From Candidatus Liptonbacteria bacterium (lineage in GTDB: Bacteria; Patescibacteriota; Minisyncoccia; UBA6257; 2-01-FULL-56-20), in assembly GCA_016204355.1 (NCBI GenBank), contig JACQKT010000016.1:47269-111268 (forward strand): a stretch of DNA of 64,000 nucleotides. The letters are read 5' to 3'. Positions 56,217 to 64,000 of the stretch are shown piece after piece (positions within the stretch are counted from its first letter, which is position 1; each line of letters begins with the position of its first letter). Both the position numbers and the translations under genes were made by a program. Below the pieces are notes generated by a model, which searched no databases, was not told the DNA's origin, and saw only the letters and a list, made by a program, of their open reading frames with translations.

Positions 56217-56444
56217 TTGACTTTGAAAGCTTCTCCAAATAAAATTACTACCGTGACTCGCAATTATGTCCAACTTGCCATAGGAATATGGATTTTGATA
56301 TCCCCGTGGCTTCTGGGGTTCTACAACATTTCTATCATGATGTGGAGCAATCTGATTGCAGGAATAATCCTGATTTTGGTCAACGTCTGGGCAATTTTCG
56401 GCGAGCCAAAGAACAATCCACAGGGAGGCGGAATACCGGAATAA
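56217..56444 (+). CDS. SPW-repeat small membrane protein
   Basis: WILISPWLLGF SPW motif, two TM helices. Confidence 0.5.
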   Translation: MTLKASPNKITTVTRNYVQLAIGIWILISPWLLGFYNISIMMWSNLIAGIILILVNVWAIFGEPKNNPQGGGIPE

Positions 56445-56477
56445 AAAGGTCGTTCCGGTGTTTAAATAAAAAATAAA

Positions 56478-56711
56478 ATGAGCGTTAAAATTTATACAAC
56501 TCCAAGTTGCGTTTATTGCAGAATGGCAAAGGAGTTTTTCAAAAAGAACAACGTCGAATTCCAGGAACTCAATGTGGTCCAGGATGACAAAGCAAGAGAC
56601 GAAATGGTCAAGAAGTCGCGACAGCTGGCCGTGCCGGTTATCGATGTCAACGGAGAAATATTCGTCGGATTCGACCAGCGCGGGCTCAAAAAGGCTCTCG
56701 GAATCGCCTAA
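56478..56711 (+). CDS. Glutaredoxin/NrdH-like redoxin
   Basis: KIYTTPSCVYC active site; 77 aa. Confidence 0.8.
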   Translation: MSVKIYTTPSCVYCRMAKEFFKKNNVEFQELNVVQDDKARDEMVKKSRQLAVPVIDVNGEIFVGFDQRGLKKALGIA

Positions 56712-56720
56712 AAAGCAGAG

Positions 56721-57638
56721 ATGTACGAGTTGATAATAATAGGCGGCGGGCCGGCGGGTGTCGCCGCAGGAATTTACACTGCCCGGAAAAAAATAAAATC
56801 ACTTATTATAACGGAATCTTTCGGCGGACAGTCTTTTCTTTCCGCCGGAATAGAGAATTGGATAGGAACCAAGTCGGTTTCCGGATTTGATTTCGCAAAA
56901 ATGCTCGAAGACCATCTTCGTGCGCAGGAAGGCATAGACATAATAGACGACGACAGAGTGGCTTCCATGGAAAAATCGGGGGAAAAGTTTTTGCTGACAA
57001 CCAAATCCGGCAAAAATTTCGAAACAAAATATATTTTGATGGCTACCGGAAGCGAAAGAAAAAAACTCAACGTTCCTGGCGAAAAAGAACTTGAAGGCAG
57101 GGGCGTTTCGTATTGCTCTATTTGCGACGCGCCGCTTTTTAAAGACAAGGAAGTCGCGGTAGTGGGCAGCGGCAATGCCGGACTGGAGGCGGTAATCGAT
57201 CTTTTCCCTTACGCAACGAAAATATATCTTTTGGAAAGGTCGGAAATGCTGAAAGGAGACCCTGTCACTCAGGGAAAAATAATTTCCAATAAAAAAGTTG
57301 AAATTTTGAAAATGGCCGAGGTGGTTTCCATCGAAGGGAAAGATTTTGTGTCAGGGATAAGATATAAAGACCTGAAAGGCGGCAACGAAAAAGTAGTTCC
57401 AATCGGAGGCATTTTCGTGGAGATAGGGGCGGTGCCCAGTTCCGAACTCGTAAAGGGCCTCGTTGAAATGACGCCCTATGGAGAAGTTATCGTGGACCAC
57501 AAAACACAGCAGACTTCCGACGCGGGAATCTGGGCGGCCGGCGACATAACCGATGTTTTATACAAGCAAAACAATATTTCCGCGGGCGACGCTGTGAAGG
57601 CGATTTTGAATATAGATGACAAACTGCGCAAGAAGTAG
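56721..57638 (+). CDS. trxB: Thioredoxin-disulfide reductase
   Basis: IIGGGPAG FAD motif, redox CSICDAPLF, VVGSGNAG NADPH motif. Confidence 0.8.
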   Translation: MYELIIIGGGPAGVAAGIYTARKKIKSLIITESFGGQSFLSAGIENWIGTKSVSGFDFAKMLEDHLRAQEGIDIIDDDRVASMEKSGEKFLLTTKSGKNFETKYILMATGSERKKLNVPGEKELEGRGVSYCSICDAPLFKDKEVAVVGSGNAGLEAVIDLFPYATKIYLLERSEMLKGDPVTQGKIISNKKVEILKMAEVVSIEGKDFVSGIRYKDLKGGNEKVVPIGGIFVEIGAVPSSELVKGLVEMTPYGEVIVDHKTQQTSDAGIWAAGDITDVLYKQNNISAGDAVKAILNIDDKLRKK

Positions 57639-57646
57639 CGGAAATC

Positions 57647-57676
57647 TTGACAGAGCGACGTTCTCTCGCATAAAAT
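57647..57676 (+). promoter_or_regulatory. Putative sigma70 promoter upstream of groES (TTGACA-18 nt-TAAAAT)
   Basis: Read directly; ~100 nt upstream of the groES ATG. Confidence 0.45.
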
Positions 57677-57779
57677 GACTCGGCCTTGGGTCGAAAAATA
57701 GCAAAGTGCGAGTAGCTAGTAGCAAATTGTTAAACACTATTTGCAATTTGCAATAAGCCATTTGCCATAAGCAACATTT

Positions 57780-58070
57780 ATGAATTTCAAACCTTTATCA
57801 AACAGGGTTTTTATCGAACCAGTCGAGGAAGAAAAAACGACAAAATCGGGAATTGTTCTTCCCGAAACCGCCGACAAAGAAAAGCCAATGATGGGGAAAG
57901 TTCTGGCAATCGGGCCGGGCAAGCTGAACGAAAAAGGCGAACGCGTTCCCATGTCGGTCAAAGTGGGCGACTCGGTCCTTTTCAAGAAGTACGGTCCGGA
58001 CGAGATAGAAATCGAAGGGAAAAAATATCTGGTCGGCGATGAGGAAGACATCTTAGCAATAATTGAATGA
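57780..58070 (+). CDS. groES: Co-chaperonin GroES
   Basis: 96 aa, KPLSNRVFIEP...GIVLPETA...VGDSVLF. Confidence 0.9.
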   Translation: MNFKPLSNRVFIEPVEEEKTTKSGIVLPETADKEKPMMGKVLAIGPGKLNEKGERVPMSVKVGDSVLFKKYGPDEIEIEGKKYLVGDEEDILAIIE

Positions 58071-58160
58071 CTTGCTAATTTGCACGAATTTGGTCACGAA
58101 TTTCACTAATCATTTGTGAAATTAGTGCTCAAATTAGAGAGTATTAGCGAAACAACAAAA

Positions 58161-59801
58161 ATGGCAAAACAAATTTTATTCGATGAGAACGCGCGGACAG
58201 CGCTCAAAAAAGGAATAGACAAACTCGCGCAGGCGGTCAGAATGACGCTCGGCCCGAGAGGCAGGGCGGTAGTAATAGAAAAAGGATACGGAGCACCTCA
58301 AGTTACTTTCGACGGCGTGACCGTTGCCAAGGAAGTCGAGCTCGAAGACAAGTACGAAAATCTCGGTGCCGATTTCATAAAGCAAGCAGCGGACAAAACG
58401 AACGACAACGTGGGAGACGGAACAACGACATCCGTTGTCTTGGCGCACGCAATGATTGAAGAAGGCGAAAAAGCTATCCGCGACAAAGGTTTTAACGTTA
58501 TCCAGCTCGCCGAAGAGCTAAAAAAAGTTTCGAAAGAAATCGTGAAGTTGCTGGAGGAGCAAAGGGAATCGATAAACGACAACAAAAAAGTTCAGGAGGT
58601 CGCCACACTTTCGGCGAAGGACGGCGAAATCGGAAAACTTATCGCCGAAGTAATGGATAAAATTGGGAAAGAAGGAGTTGTAACAATCGAGGATTCGAAC
58701 ACCATAGGCAACACTTATGAGATTGTGGAAGGAATGCAGTTCGACCGCGGCTATGTTTCTCAATACATGATAACCAACGCGGAAAGAATGGAGGCCGTTC
58801 TCGAAGACCCGCACATTCTTGTAACGGACAAAAAGATATCTTCCATACAGGAACTTCTGCCCTTGCTCGAGAAGCTTTTACAGGAAGGCAAAAAGGAGCT
58901 CGTTATAATCGCCGATGAAGTGGAAGGAGAAGCGATGGCTACCCTGGTTTTAAACAAGCTCCGCGGGATTTTCACGGCTCTGGCGGTGAAAGCTCCCGGC
59001 TTCGGAGACAGAAGAAAGGAAATGCTTCAGGATATAGCCATTGTTACCGGCGCAACGTTCGTTTCCGAAGACGTAGGCAAAAAGCTCGACAGCGTGCAAG
59101 TTTCCGATCTGGGACACGCTCACAAGGTCGTTTCGAATAAAGACAATACGACGATAGTCGGAGGCAAAGGCGACAAGAAGACTATCGATGAAAGAGTAAA
59201 TCAACTCAAAGCGCAGATAAAAAAGACCGATTCGGAATTCGACAAAGAGAAGCTCCAGGAACGCCTTGGCAAACTTTCCGGCGGAGTCGCGGTCATCAAA
59301 GTCGGTGCGCCCGCAGAATCGGCGCAGAAAGAACTCAAGCAAAGAGTTGAAGACGCCGTCGCCGCAACCCGTGCCGCCATGGAAGAAGGAATAGTCCCCG
59401 GAGGAGGAATAGCGCTTTACAATGTCGCAACAAAAATACACGGAAATATTTCCGGCGAGAAAAACGATGCAATAAAAGCGGCGCTCGGAATAGTAGACCG
59501 TGCGTTGACCGCTCCGGTACAGTCGATTGTCGCAAACAGCGGAGAACATTGGAGCAGGGTCGAAGGAGAACTTTCCAAACGCGCAGTCTCCGATTCATGG
59601 AAAGGGTTCAACGCACTGAACAATCAGGTGGGCGACCTTAAAGCCGCCGGCATAGTCGACCCTCTCAAAGTCGTAAAAACTGCTTTTTTGAACGCCGTTT
59701 CGGTGGCGGCGAATTATCTGACCGTCGGCGCCGCGATGACGAATATTCCCGAGAAAAAAGAAAGAGCCGATGGAATGCCTCCGATGGGCGGAGATTACTA
59801 A
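58161..59801 (+). CDS. groEL: Chaperonin GroEL
   Basis: [12 protein letters not shown]..., GDGTTT, C-terminal GMPPMGGDY. Confidence 0.9.
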   Translation: MAKQILFDENARTALKKGIDKLAQAVRMTLGPRGRAVVIEKGYGAPQVTFDGVTVAKEVELEDKYENLGADFIKQAADKTNDNVGDGTTTSVVLAHAMIEEGEKAIRDKGFNVIQLAEELKKVSKEIVKLLEEQRESINDNKKVQEVATLSAKDGEIGKLIAEVMDKIGKEGVVTIEDSNTIGNTYEIVEGMQFDRGYVSQYMITNAERMEAVLEDPHILVTDKKISSIQELLPLLEKLLQEGKKELVIIADEVEGEAMATLVLNKLRGIFTALAVKAPGFGDRRKEMLQDIAIVTGATFVSEDVGKKLDSVQVSDLGHAHKVVSNKDNTTIVGGKGDKKTIDERVNQLKAQIKKTDSEFDKEKLQERLGKLSGGVAVIKVGAPAESAQKELKQRVEDAVAATRAAMEEGIVPGGGIALYNVATKIHGNISGEKNDAIKAALGIVDRALTAPVQSIVANSGEHWSRVEGELSKRAVSDSWKGFNALNNQVGDLKAAGIVDPLKVVKTAFLNAVSVAANYLTVGAAMTNIPEKKERADGMPPMGGDY

Positions 59802-59911
59802 ACAATCCGCTAAAACGCGTATTTCAACAAAAACTCCGCCTGTTATGCGGAGGTTTTGATTCTTGAGAAAACAGTCCGGCGCATTTATACTCCATATCGA
59901 AGGAAAAACAA

Positions 59912-60829
59912 ATGAAACAATACCTCGACCTTTTAAGGGACATCAAGGAGAACGGACACCGCAAGAACGACCGCACCGGTACGGGAACGATAGACGTATT
60001 CGGCAGGCAAATCCGGTTCAATCTCTCGGACGGTTTTCCCGCAATGACGACCAAAAAACTTTTCATGAAAGCGGTGATAGTGGAACTTCTCTGGTTTCTG
60101 CGTGGCGATTCGAACATAAAATTTTTGGTGGATAGTGGCGTTCATATCTGGGACGAGTGGCCTTACAAAGCGTATCTTTTGAAACAAGGGAAACCGGTTC
60201 CGAAAGTAGGAAGTGAAGAGTGGAGTGCCGGCATAAAAGAATTTGCCGCCAAAGTATCCGCCGACGCCGAGTTCGCAAAACAATACGGCGAGCTTGGTCC
60301 CGTTTATGGCTATCAATGGCGGAGTTGGCCGGCGCCGGGCGGAAAAAAAATCGACCAGATTTCGCAGGTTATAGAACAAATAAAGAAAAGCCCGAACTCG
60401 CGGCGGCACATCGTTTGCGCGTGGAATGTTGCGGACATCGAAGAAATGGCGAAAGCAGGGCTTCCTCCGTGCCATTGCCTTTTTCAATTTGACGTTACCG
60501 ACGGCAAACTTTCCTGCCAGCTTTACCAGCGGAGTTCCGACATGTTTCTCGGCGTGCCGTTCAACATCGCGTCATACGCTCTTCTTATGTGCATGGTGGC
60601 TCACGTAACGGGACTTAAGCCGGGAGAATTCGTGCACACTTTCGGCAGTGCGCACATTTACTTGAATCATCTTGAGCAGGTGGATTCACAGCTTTCGCGC
60701 GAGCCGAAGCCGTTGCCCAAGTTATGGCTGAACAAGGAGGTTAAGTCAATCTTCGATTTCAAATACGAGGACATTCGCCTGGAAAACTACGACCCCCACC
60801 CCGCGATTTCCGCGCCGATAGCCGTTTAG
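59912..60829 (+). CDS. thyA: Thymidylate synthase (ThyA, with internal insertion)
   Basis: [17 protein letters not shown] (catalytic Cys), 305 aa. Confidence 0.9.
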   Translation: MKQYLDLLRDIKENGHRKNDRTGTGTIDVFGRQIRFNLSDGFPAMTTKKLFMKAVIVELLWFLRGDSNIKFLVDSGVHIWDEWPYKAYLLKQGKPVPKVGSEEWSAGIKEFAAKVSADAEFAKQYGELGPVYGYQWRSWPAPGGKKIDQISQVIEQIKKSPNSRRHIVCAWNVADIEEMAKAGLPPCHCLFQFDVTDGKLSCQLYQRSSDMFLGVPFNIASYALLMCMVAHVTGLKPGEFVHTFGSAHIYLNHLEQVDSQLSREPKPLPKLWLNKEVKSIFDFKYEDIRLENYDPHPAISAPIAV

Positions 60830-60837
60830 ATTTTTCG

Positions 60838-61326
60838 ATGAAAACGATTTCCATTATTGCCGCAATGGGAAAAAACCGCGCCATAGGCAACGCGGGGAAA
60901 ATCCCGTGGCATTTGCCTGCCGATCTCGCCCATTTCAAATCGCTTACCATGGGACATCCCGTAATTATGGGCCGAAAAACTTACGAGTCGATAGGAAAAC
61001 CGCTTTTGGGAAGGCAGAATATTGTGGTTACACGCCAGGTCGGGTATCTTGCCGAAGGATGCATTATGGTTACCTCGCTCGAAGATGCCGTTGAAATTGC
61101 GCAAGGAGACGAAGTTTTTATTATCGGCGGAGCGGAGATTTACAGGCAAGCGCTCCCGTTAGCCGACAGGGTTTATCTTACGGTCGTCGATGAGGAATTT
61201 ACGGCGGACGCTTATTTCCCTGAACTCAACGAGAAAGATTGGCGAAGGACGGAAATAATTCAGGGAACGAAAGACGAGAAAAATCCCTACAACCACACCT
61301 TTCTTACATTTGAGAGAATTTCTTAA
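60838..61326 (+). CDS. folA: Dihydrofolate reductase
   Basis: ISIIAAMGKNRAIG...IPWHLPADL...VIMGRKTYESI. Confidence 0.9.
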   Translation: MKTISIIAAMGKNRAIGNAGKIPWHLPADLAHFKSLTMGHPVIMGRKTYESIGKPLLGRQNIVVTRQVGYLAEGCIMVTSLEDAVEIAQGDEVFIIGGAEIYRQALPLADRVYLTVVDEEFTADAYFPELNEKDWRRTEIIQGTKDEKNPYNHTFLTFERIS

Positions 61327-61433
61327 CTTGAAAACGTTTGACTTTCTTTTTCCCTGGAACAATACTGTTGATAGCGTTCGGAGAACTTAACTTGCTCCGA
61401 ATACATTAATAACCAAACTGCCGGAGACGCACT

Positions 61434-61640
61434 ATGATTGTGGTACACGTACTACAAAACGGTCTGGCCATTTGCCTGTTTTCGGACGATATCCCCGTGA
61501 ACTGGCCCGCAGGTCACGGATGGATAAACCCGCATGATGTCGAAAAGATGGGAATCGAAAGTATAACCTGTCCGGAATGCAGGCGGCTGGTAGAGCGGCT
61601 GTTGGAAGGGAAATGGAAAATACGAGTAGAGACCATTTAG
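61434..61640 (+). CDS. Hypothetical small protein (68 aa)
   Basis: ORF only; local GC higher than flanks; translationally coupled to the next small ORF. Confidence 0.3.
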   Translation: MIVVHVLQNGLAICLFSDDIPVNWPAGHGWINPHDVEKMGIESITCPECRRLVERLLEGKWKIRVETI

Positions 61641-61653
61641 AACAGGAGGACTT

Positions 61654-61800
61654 ATGAAAAGCAAGAGAGACGCAAATTGTTCCGGCGGCAATAAGGCCGC
61701 CGAGCGGCCGCCCAAAAGGAAGAGACAAGGCACGCAGAAAGCCATGACGGAAAGTCAGGCACGCGCGTTGAAAAATCTTATTGAAAGGCGCGCCGGCTAG
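61654..61800 (+). CDS. Hypothetical small basic protein (48 aa), possibly DUF3072-like
   Basis: AGGAGG 4 nt upstream of the ATG; not in the ORF track (<60 aa); KAMTESQARALKNLIERRAG resembles the DUF3072 core. Confidence 0.3.
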   Translation: MKSKRDANCSGGNKAAERPPKRKRQGTQKAMTESQARALKNLIERRAG

Positions 61801-61808
61801 CGCAGGTG

Positions 61809-61856
61809 ACGGCGGTTTACTGTCCGGGGCAGTGTGCGAACACCGCCCTTTTTGTT
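61809..61856 (+). terminator. Intrinsic terminator (compound hairpin + T-run)
   Basis: GGCGGT...ACTG-tccgggg-CAGT...ACCGCC then CTTTTTG. Confidence 0.5.
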
Positions 61857-61979
61857 CTGCATTTATCCTCAAATTTGTGTGAAGGATTGCATTTCATTTT
61901 TGCGGTGGTAAAATAAGCCTATGCCGGAAGCGGTTTGGATAATACTCGGAGTACTTTTTATCCTTATGGTGTTGTTTTT

Positions 61980-62537
61980 CATATGAGCATTACGAACATA
62001 ATTTTAATTTTAATCGCAGCGGTCATCATCTGGCTGGTTTTCGTTTACAACCGGCTGATTACGATGCGCAACCGCGCCAAAGAAGCGATGTCGGACATCG
62101 ACGTTCAGACGAAACGCCGGTATGACCTGATACCAAACCTCGTTGAAAGCGTAAAAGGATATATGGCGCACGAGCGCGGAGTTTTCGAAAAAGTTACGGA
62201 AGCGAGAACCAGGGCGATGGGCGCGACCGGAGGGAAAGAAAAACTTGCGGCCGAGAACATGCTTTCTGGAGCGCTGAAAACGCTTTTTGCCGTGGCGGAA
62301 AATTATCCGGAGCTCAAGGCGAACCAGAACTTTTTGGATTTGCAAAACGAGCTGACCGACACGGAAGACAAAATCCAGGCGGCTCGAAGATTTTACAATA
62401 CGAACGTGCGCGATATGAACACCGCCATTCAGGTTTTCCCGACGAATCTGATCGCCGGAGTGTTCGGTTTCAAGGAAATGGAATTTTTCGAATCGGAGAA
62501 CGAAGCGGAACGCCAGCCGGTCAAGGTACAATTCTGA
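61980..62537 (+). CDS. lemA: LemA family protein
   Basis: N-terminal TM then RRYDLIPNLVE...ENYPELKAN...RRFYN; start taken at MSITNIIL. Confidence 0.8.
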   Translation, partial: HMSITNIILILIAAVIIWLVFVYNRLITMRNRAKEAMSDIDVQTKRRYDLIPNLVESVKGYMAHERGVFEKVTEARTRAMGATGGKEKLAAENMLSGALKTLFAVAENYPELKANQNFLDLQNELTDTEDKIQAARRFYNTNVRDMNTAIQVFPTNLIAGVFGFKEMEFFESENEAERQPVKVQF

Positions 62538-62540
62538 TTT

Positions 62541-63548
62541 ATGCCTTTCGAATATCCTTCGGGTTCTTTTGCTGAAGTAAAAAGCAAAGGAGAAGGTGCT
62601 GACGCGATAAAAGTTTACGAAACAGAAAACGGGTTGGTTGAGGTGGAATTGAAAAAAATTGAACCTTCGCCGGAAGCCGAGAAACATAAAACAAAAGAAA
62701 AAGAATCTCTAACGGAGGCGGTTTTGTTTATGCCGGGATGGTCAATGACGCCGGAGTCTAAATCCGCCCGGGAGCTGAGCCAGTCATTCGCCGATTATGC
62801 CAACGTGCCTGCTTATGAAATTTTCGCGCGAGCCGAAAAAATTTCCGGAAGCGGACAGCTTGGACACGAAGCCGAGGCCATCCGCAGATTCATTGAAGAA
62901 AGCGGCTTGAACAATGTTGTCATCAGCGGCCATTCGCAGGGAGGCGATAGGGCTATCGACCTGACTGTACTCCTTCAGGAAAGAAATCCGGAAATAAAAA
63001 TCAGAGGTTTGGTGCTAATGAATACTGTTGGTTTGCATGAACAGGGCAAAGCGGCACTTGTCGGAAATTTCGCCAAAGATGCGGCCATCGGAACGCCCAA
63101 ATCCGTGATGAAAACCGTTCTGGGAATAAGCAGGCATTTCAAAGGGGAAGGCTCTTTTCCAAAAAGGTCTGTGAGGCCGCTTGTCGACGGCCTTTTTGGA
63201 ATAATAAGGGAGGCAGGCAAATCCGGCGCGGGATACCCAAAACGTTTCTTGAACGAAATTTCCAACATGGCGAAGGCCAATGAGCATATCACGGAAGTCA
63301 ATGTGCCGGTTATCCTTGTGCAAGGAGAAAGAGACCCGATTTCCGCTCACGAAAAAATCGCTCCAGTCGACAAGCCATCGGAGCGCGAGAAACTTTTGAA
63401 GGTGAATCTTTTCAAGAACAGTCCTTATGTCCGGATGGTTGTTGCAGAGAAGGCCGGTCACCACAACATGCCGCTGTTCCGCCCGGAATCGGTTGCGCGA
63501 GCATCACTTTACATGTTAGAACGTTTTTATAGGAGCAAGGAAAAATAA
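62541..63548 (+). CDS. Alpha/beta-hydrolase-fold protein (second paralog)
   Basis: ISGHSQGG nucleophile elbow; EKAGHHNMP C-terminal His. Confidence 0.55.
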   Translation: MPFEYPSGSFAEVKSKGEGADAIKVYETENGLVEVELKKIEPSPEAEKHKTKEKESLTEAVLFMPGWSMTPESKSARELSQSFADYANVPAYEIFARAEKISGSGQLGHEAEAIRRFIEESGLNNVVISGHSQGGDRAIDLTVLLQERNPEIKIRGLVLMNTVGLHEQGKAALVGNFAKDAAIGTPKSVMKTVLGISRHFKGEGSFPKRSVRPLVDGLFGIIREAGKSGAGYPKRFLNEISNMAKANEHITEVNVPVILVQGERDPISAHEKIAPVDKPSEREKLLKVNLFKNSPYVRMVVAEKAGHHNMPLFRPESVARASLYMLERFYRSKEK

Positions 63549-63555
63549 TTTTTTA

Positions 63556-64000
63556 TGGCTTCCTTATACACACAACAGGAATCGAACATACGCCGCACGT
63601 GGCTTCTTTTCAGTGTTTTTCTCGTCGTAATTATAAGCATCGGTTGGGCTTTCTCTTATGTTTATAACAATCAGGGGATTCTTTGGTTCGCCGTCATTTT
63701 CAGCACGATATCGAGCATAATCAGTTATTGGTACTCGGATAAAATCGCGCTTTCGATGGCCCGCGCCATCCGGATAGAAAAGAAAGACAACCCTCAGCTC
63801 TACAATATCGTCGAGAATCTTTCGATAACTGCCGGTTTGCCGATGCCGCGTGTATATATAGCACCCGGCCAGCAGATAAACGCTTTTGCCACAGGTCGCG
63901 ACCCGGAGCACGCGGCGGTTGCCGTGACTGAAGGCGCGTTGAAACGCCTTGATAAAACTGAGCTTGAAGGCGTACTCGCACACGAGCTTTCTCACGTCGG
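63556..64000 (+). CDS. htpX: Protease HtpX (M48 zinc metalloprotease), 3' end beyond window
   Basis: Two N-terminal TM helices, then ...LEGVLAHELSHV (HExxH) at the window edge. Confidence 0.8.

Noticed and set aside
57639-58160. Canonical CIRCE (TTAGCACTC-N9-GAGTGCTAA) near groES/groEL
   Set aside because: Not present. Only a 7-bp inverted repeat CACTAAT...ATTAGTG occurs in the groES-groEL spacer, and TTGCAA-type direct repeats upstream of groES. Neither matches CIRCE well enough to call.
1-64000. CRISPR arrays, rRNA genes, integrase/transposase genes
   Set aside because: No regularly spaced short direct repeats, no rRNA-like conserved stretches, and no recombinase/transposase motifs were seen. 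Mobile-element calls are therefore limited to the small non-autonomous repeats described.

Overview
This 64-kb window has low-to-moderate GC, is densely packed with short intergenic regions, and is not rRNA-bearing. Gene content suggests a Patescibacteria/CPR-like bacterium, for example both RNase J and RNase Y, compact UvrC, tRNA-Leu and secG. This taxon call is an inference from gene content.

The flanks are housekeeping genes. On the left: rnj (partial), tRNA-Leu(CAG), a PGI/PMI-type isomerase, a family-5 substrate-binding protein, secG, a holin-family protein, a short uvrC, gpmI, rny and a membrane protein; the gpmI-rny spacer also contains an orphan terminator-like hairpin plus a G9 tract (8316-8410). 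On the right: dsbA-like, glutaredoxin, trxB, groES/groEL, thyA, folA, lemA, an alpha/beta hydrolase and htpX (partial).

The core, roughly 10.1-52.6 kb, is one very large surface-glycan biosynthesis locus. It contains:
- a GDP-colitose-like pathway (gmd, a Nudix gmm, a ColD-like PLP 3-dehydratase with Lys->His, an Fcl/ColC-like reductase);
- a second, divergent gmd paired with a DegT aminotransferase (perosamine-like);
- a complete GDP-D-glycero-alpha-D-manno-heptose pathway (hddA-gmhA-hddC-gmhB);
- a WbaP-type initiating phosphotransferase, a Wzx flippase, two O-antigen ligase/polymerase-family proteins (plus a remnant of a third) and a GT-C (PMT/ArnT-like) transferase;
- about ten glycosyltransferases (GT2 x4, GT4 x4, a GT10 fucosyltransferase, a CgeB-like one);
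- four methyltransferases (two FkbM-family, a TylCIII-like zinc-ribbon C-methyltransferase, a zinc-ribbon class I MT);
- a sulfate-activation operon (RHH regulator, cysD, cysN) behind a near-consensus, near-leaderless promoter, followed by a cytosolic Thr-nucleophile sulfatase-like enzyme.

The observations I consider most notable are:
1. A family of ~55-60 nt hairpin repeats that sit exactly between stop and start codons. Two partial copies flank a frameshifted four-helix-bundle (23S-IVS-type) gene inserted between cysD and cysN.
2. A ~245-bp GC-rich nested palindrome (MITE-like or structured RNA) between convergent genes at 20.37-20.62 kb.
3. Sulfate activation with no recognisable APS kinase or sulfotransferase. 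A divergent P-loop protein and the sulfatase-like enzyme are candidates.
4. A higher-GC two-gene islet (GalT-like HIT enzyme plus IMPase/CysQ-like).
5. Two gene remnants: a matrixin-like zinc-protease C-terminus and an O-antigen-ligase C-terminus.

All calls rest on motif-level reading of the translations. No database searches were run.
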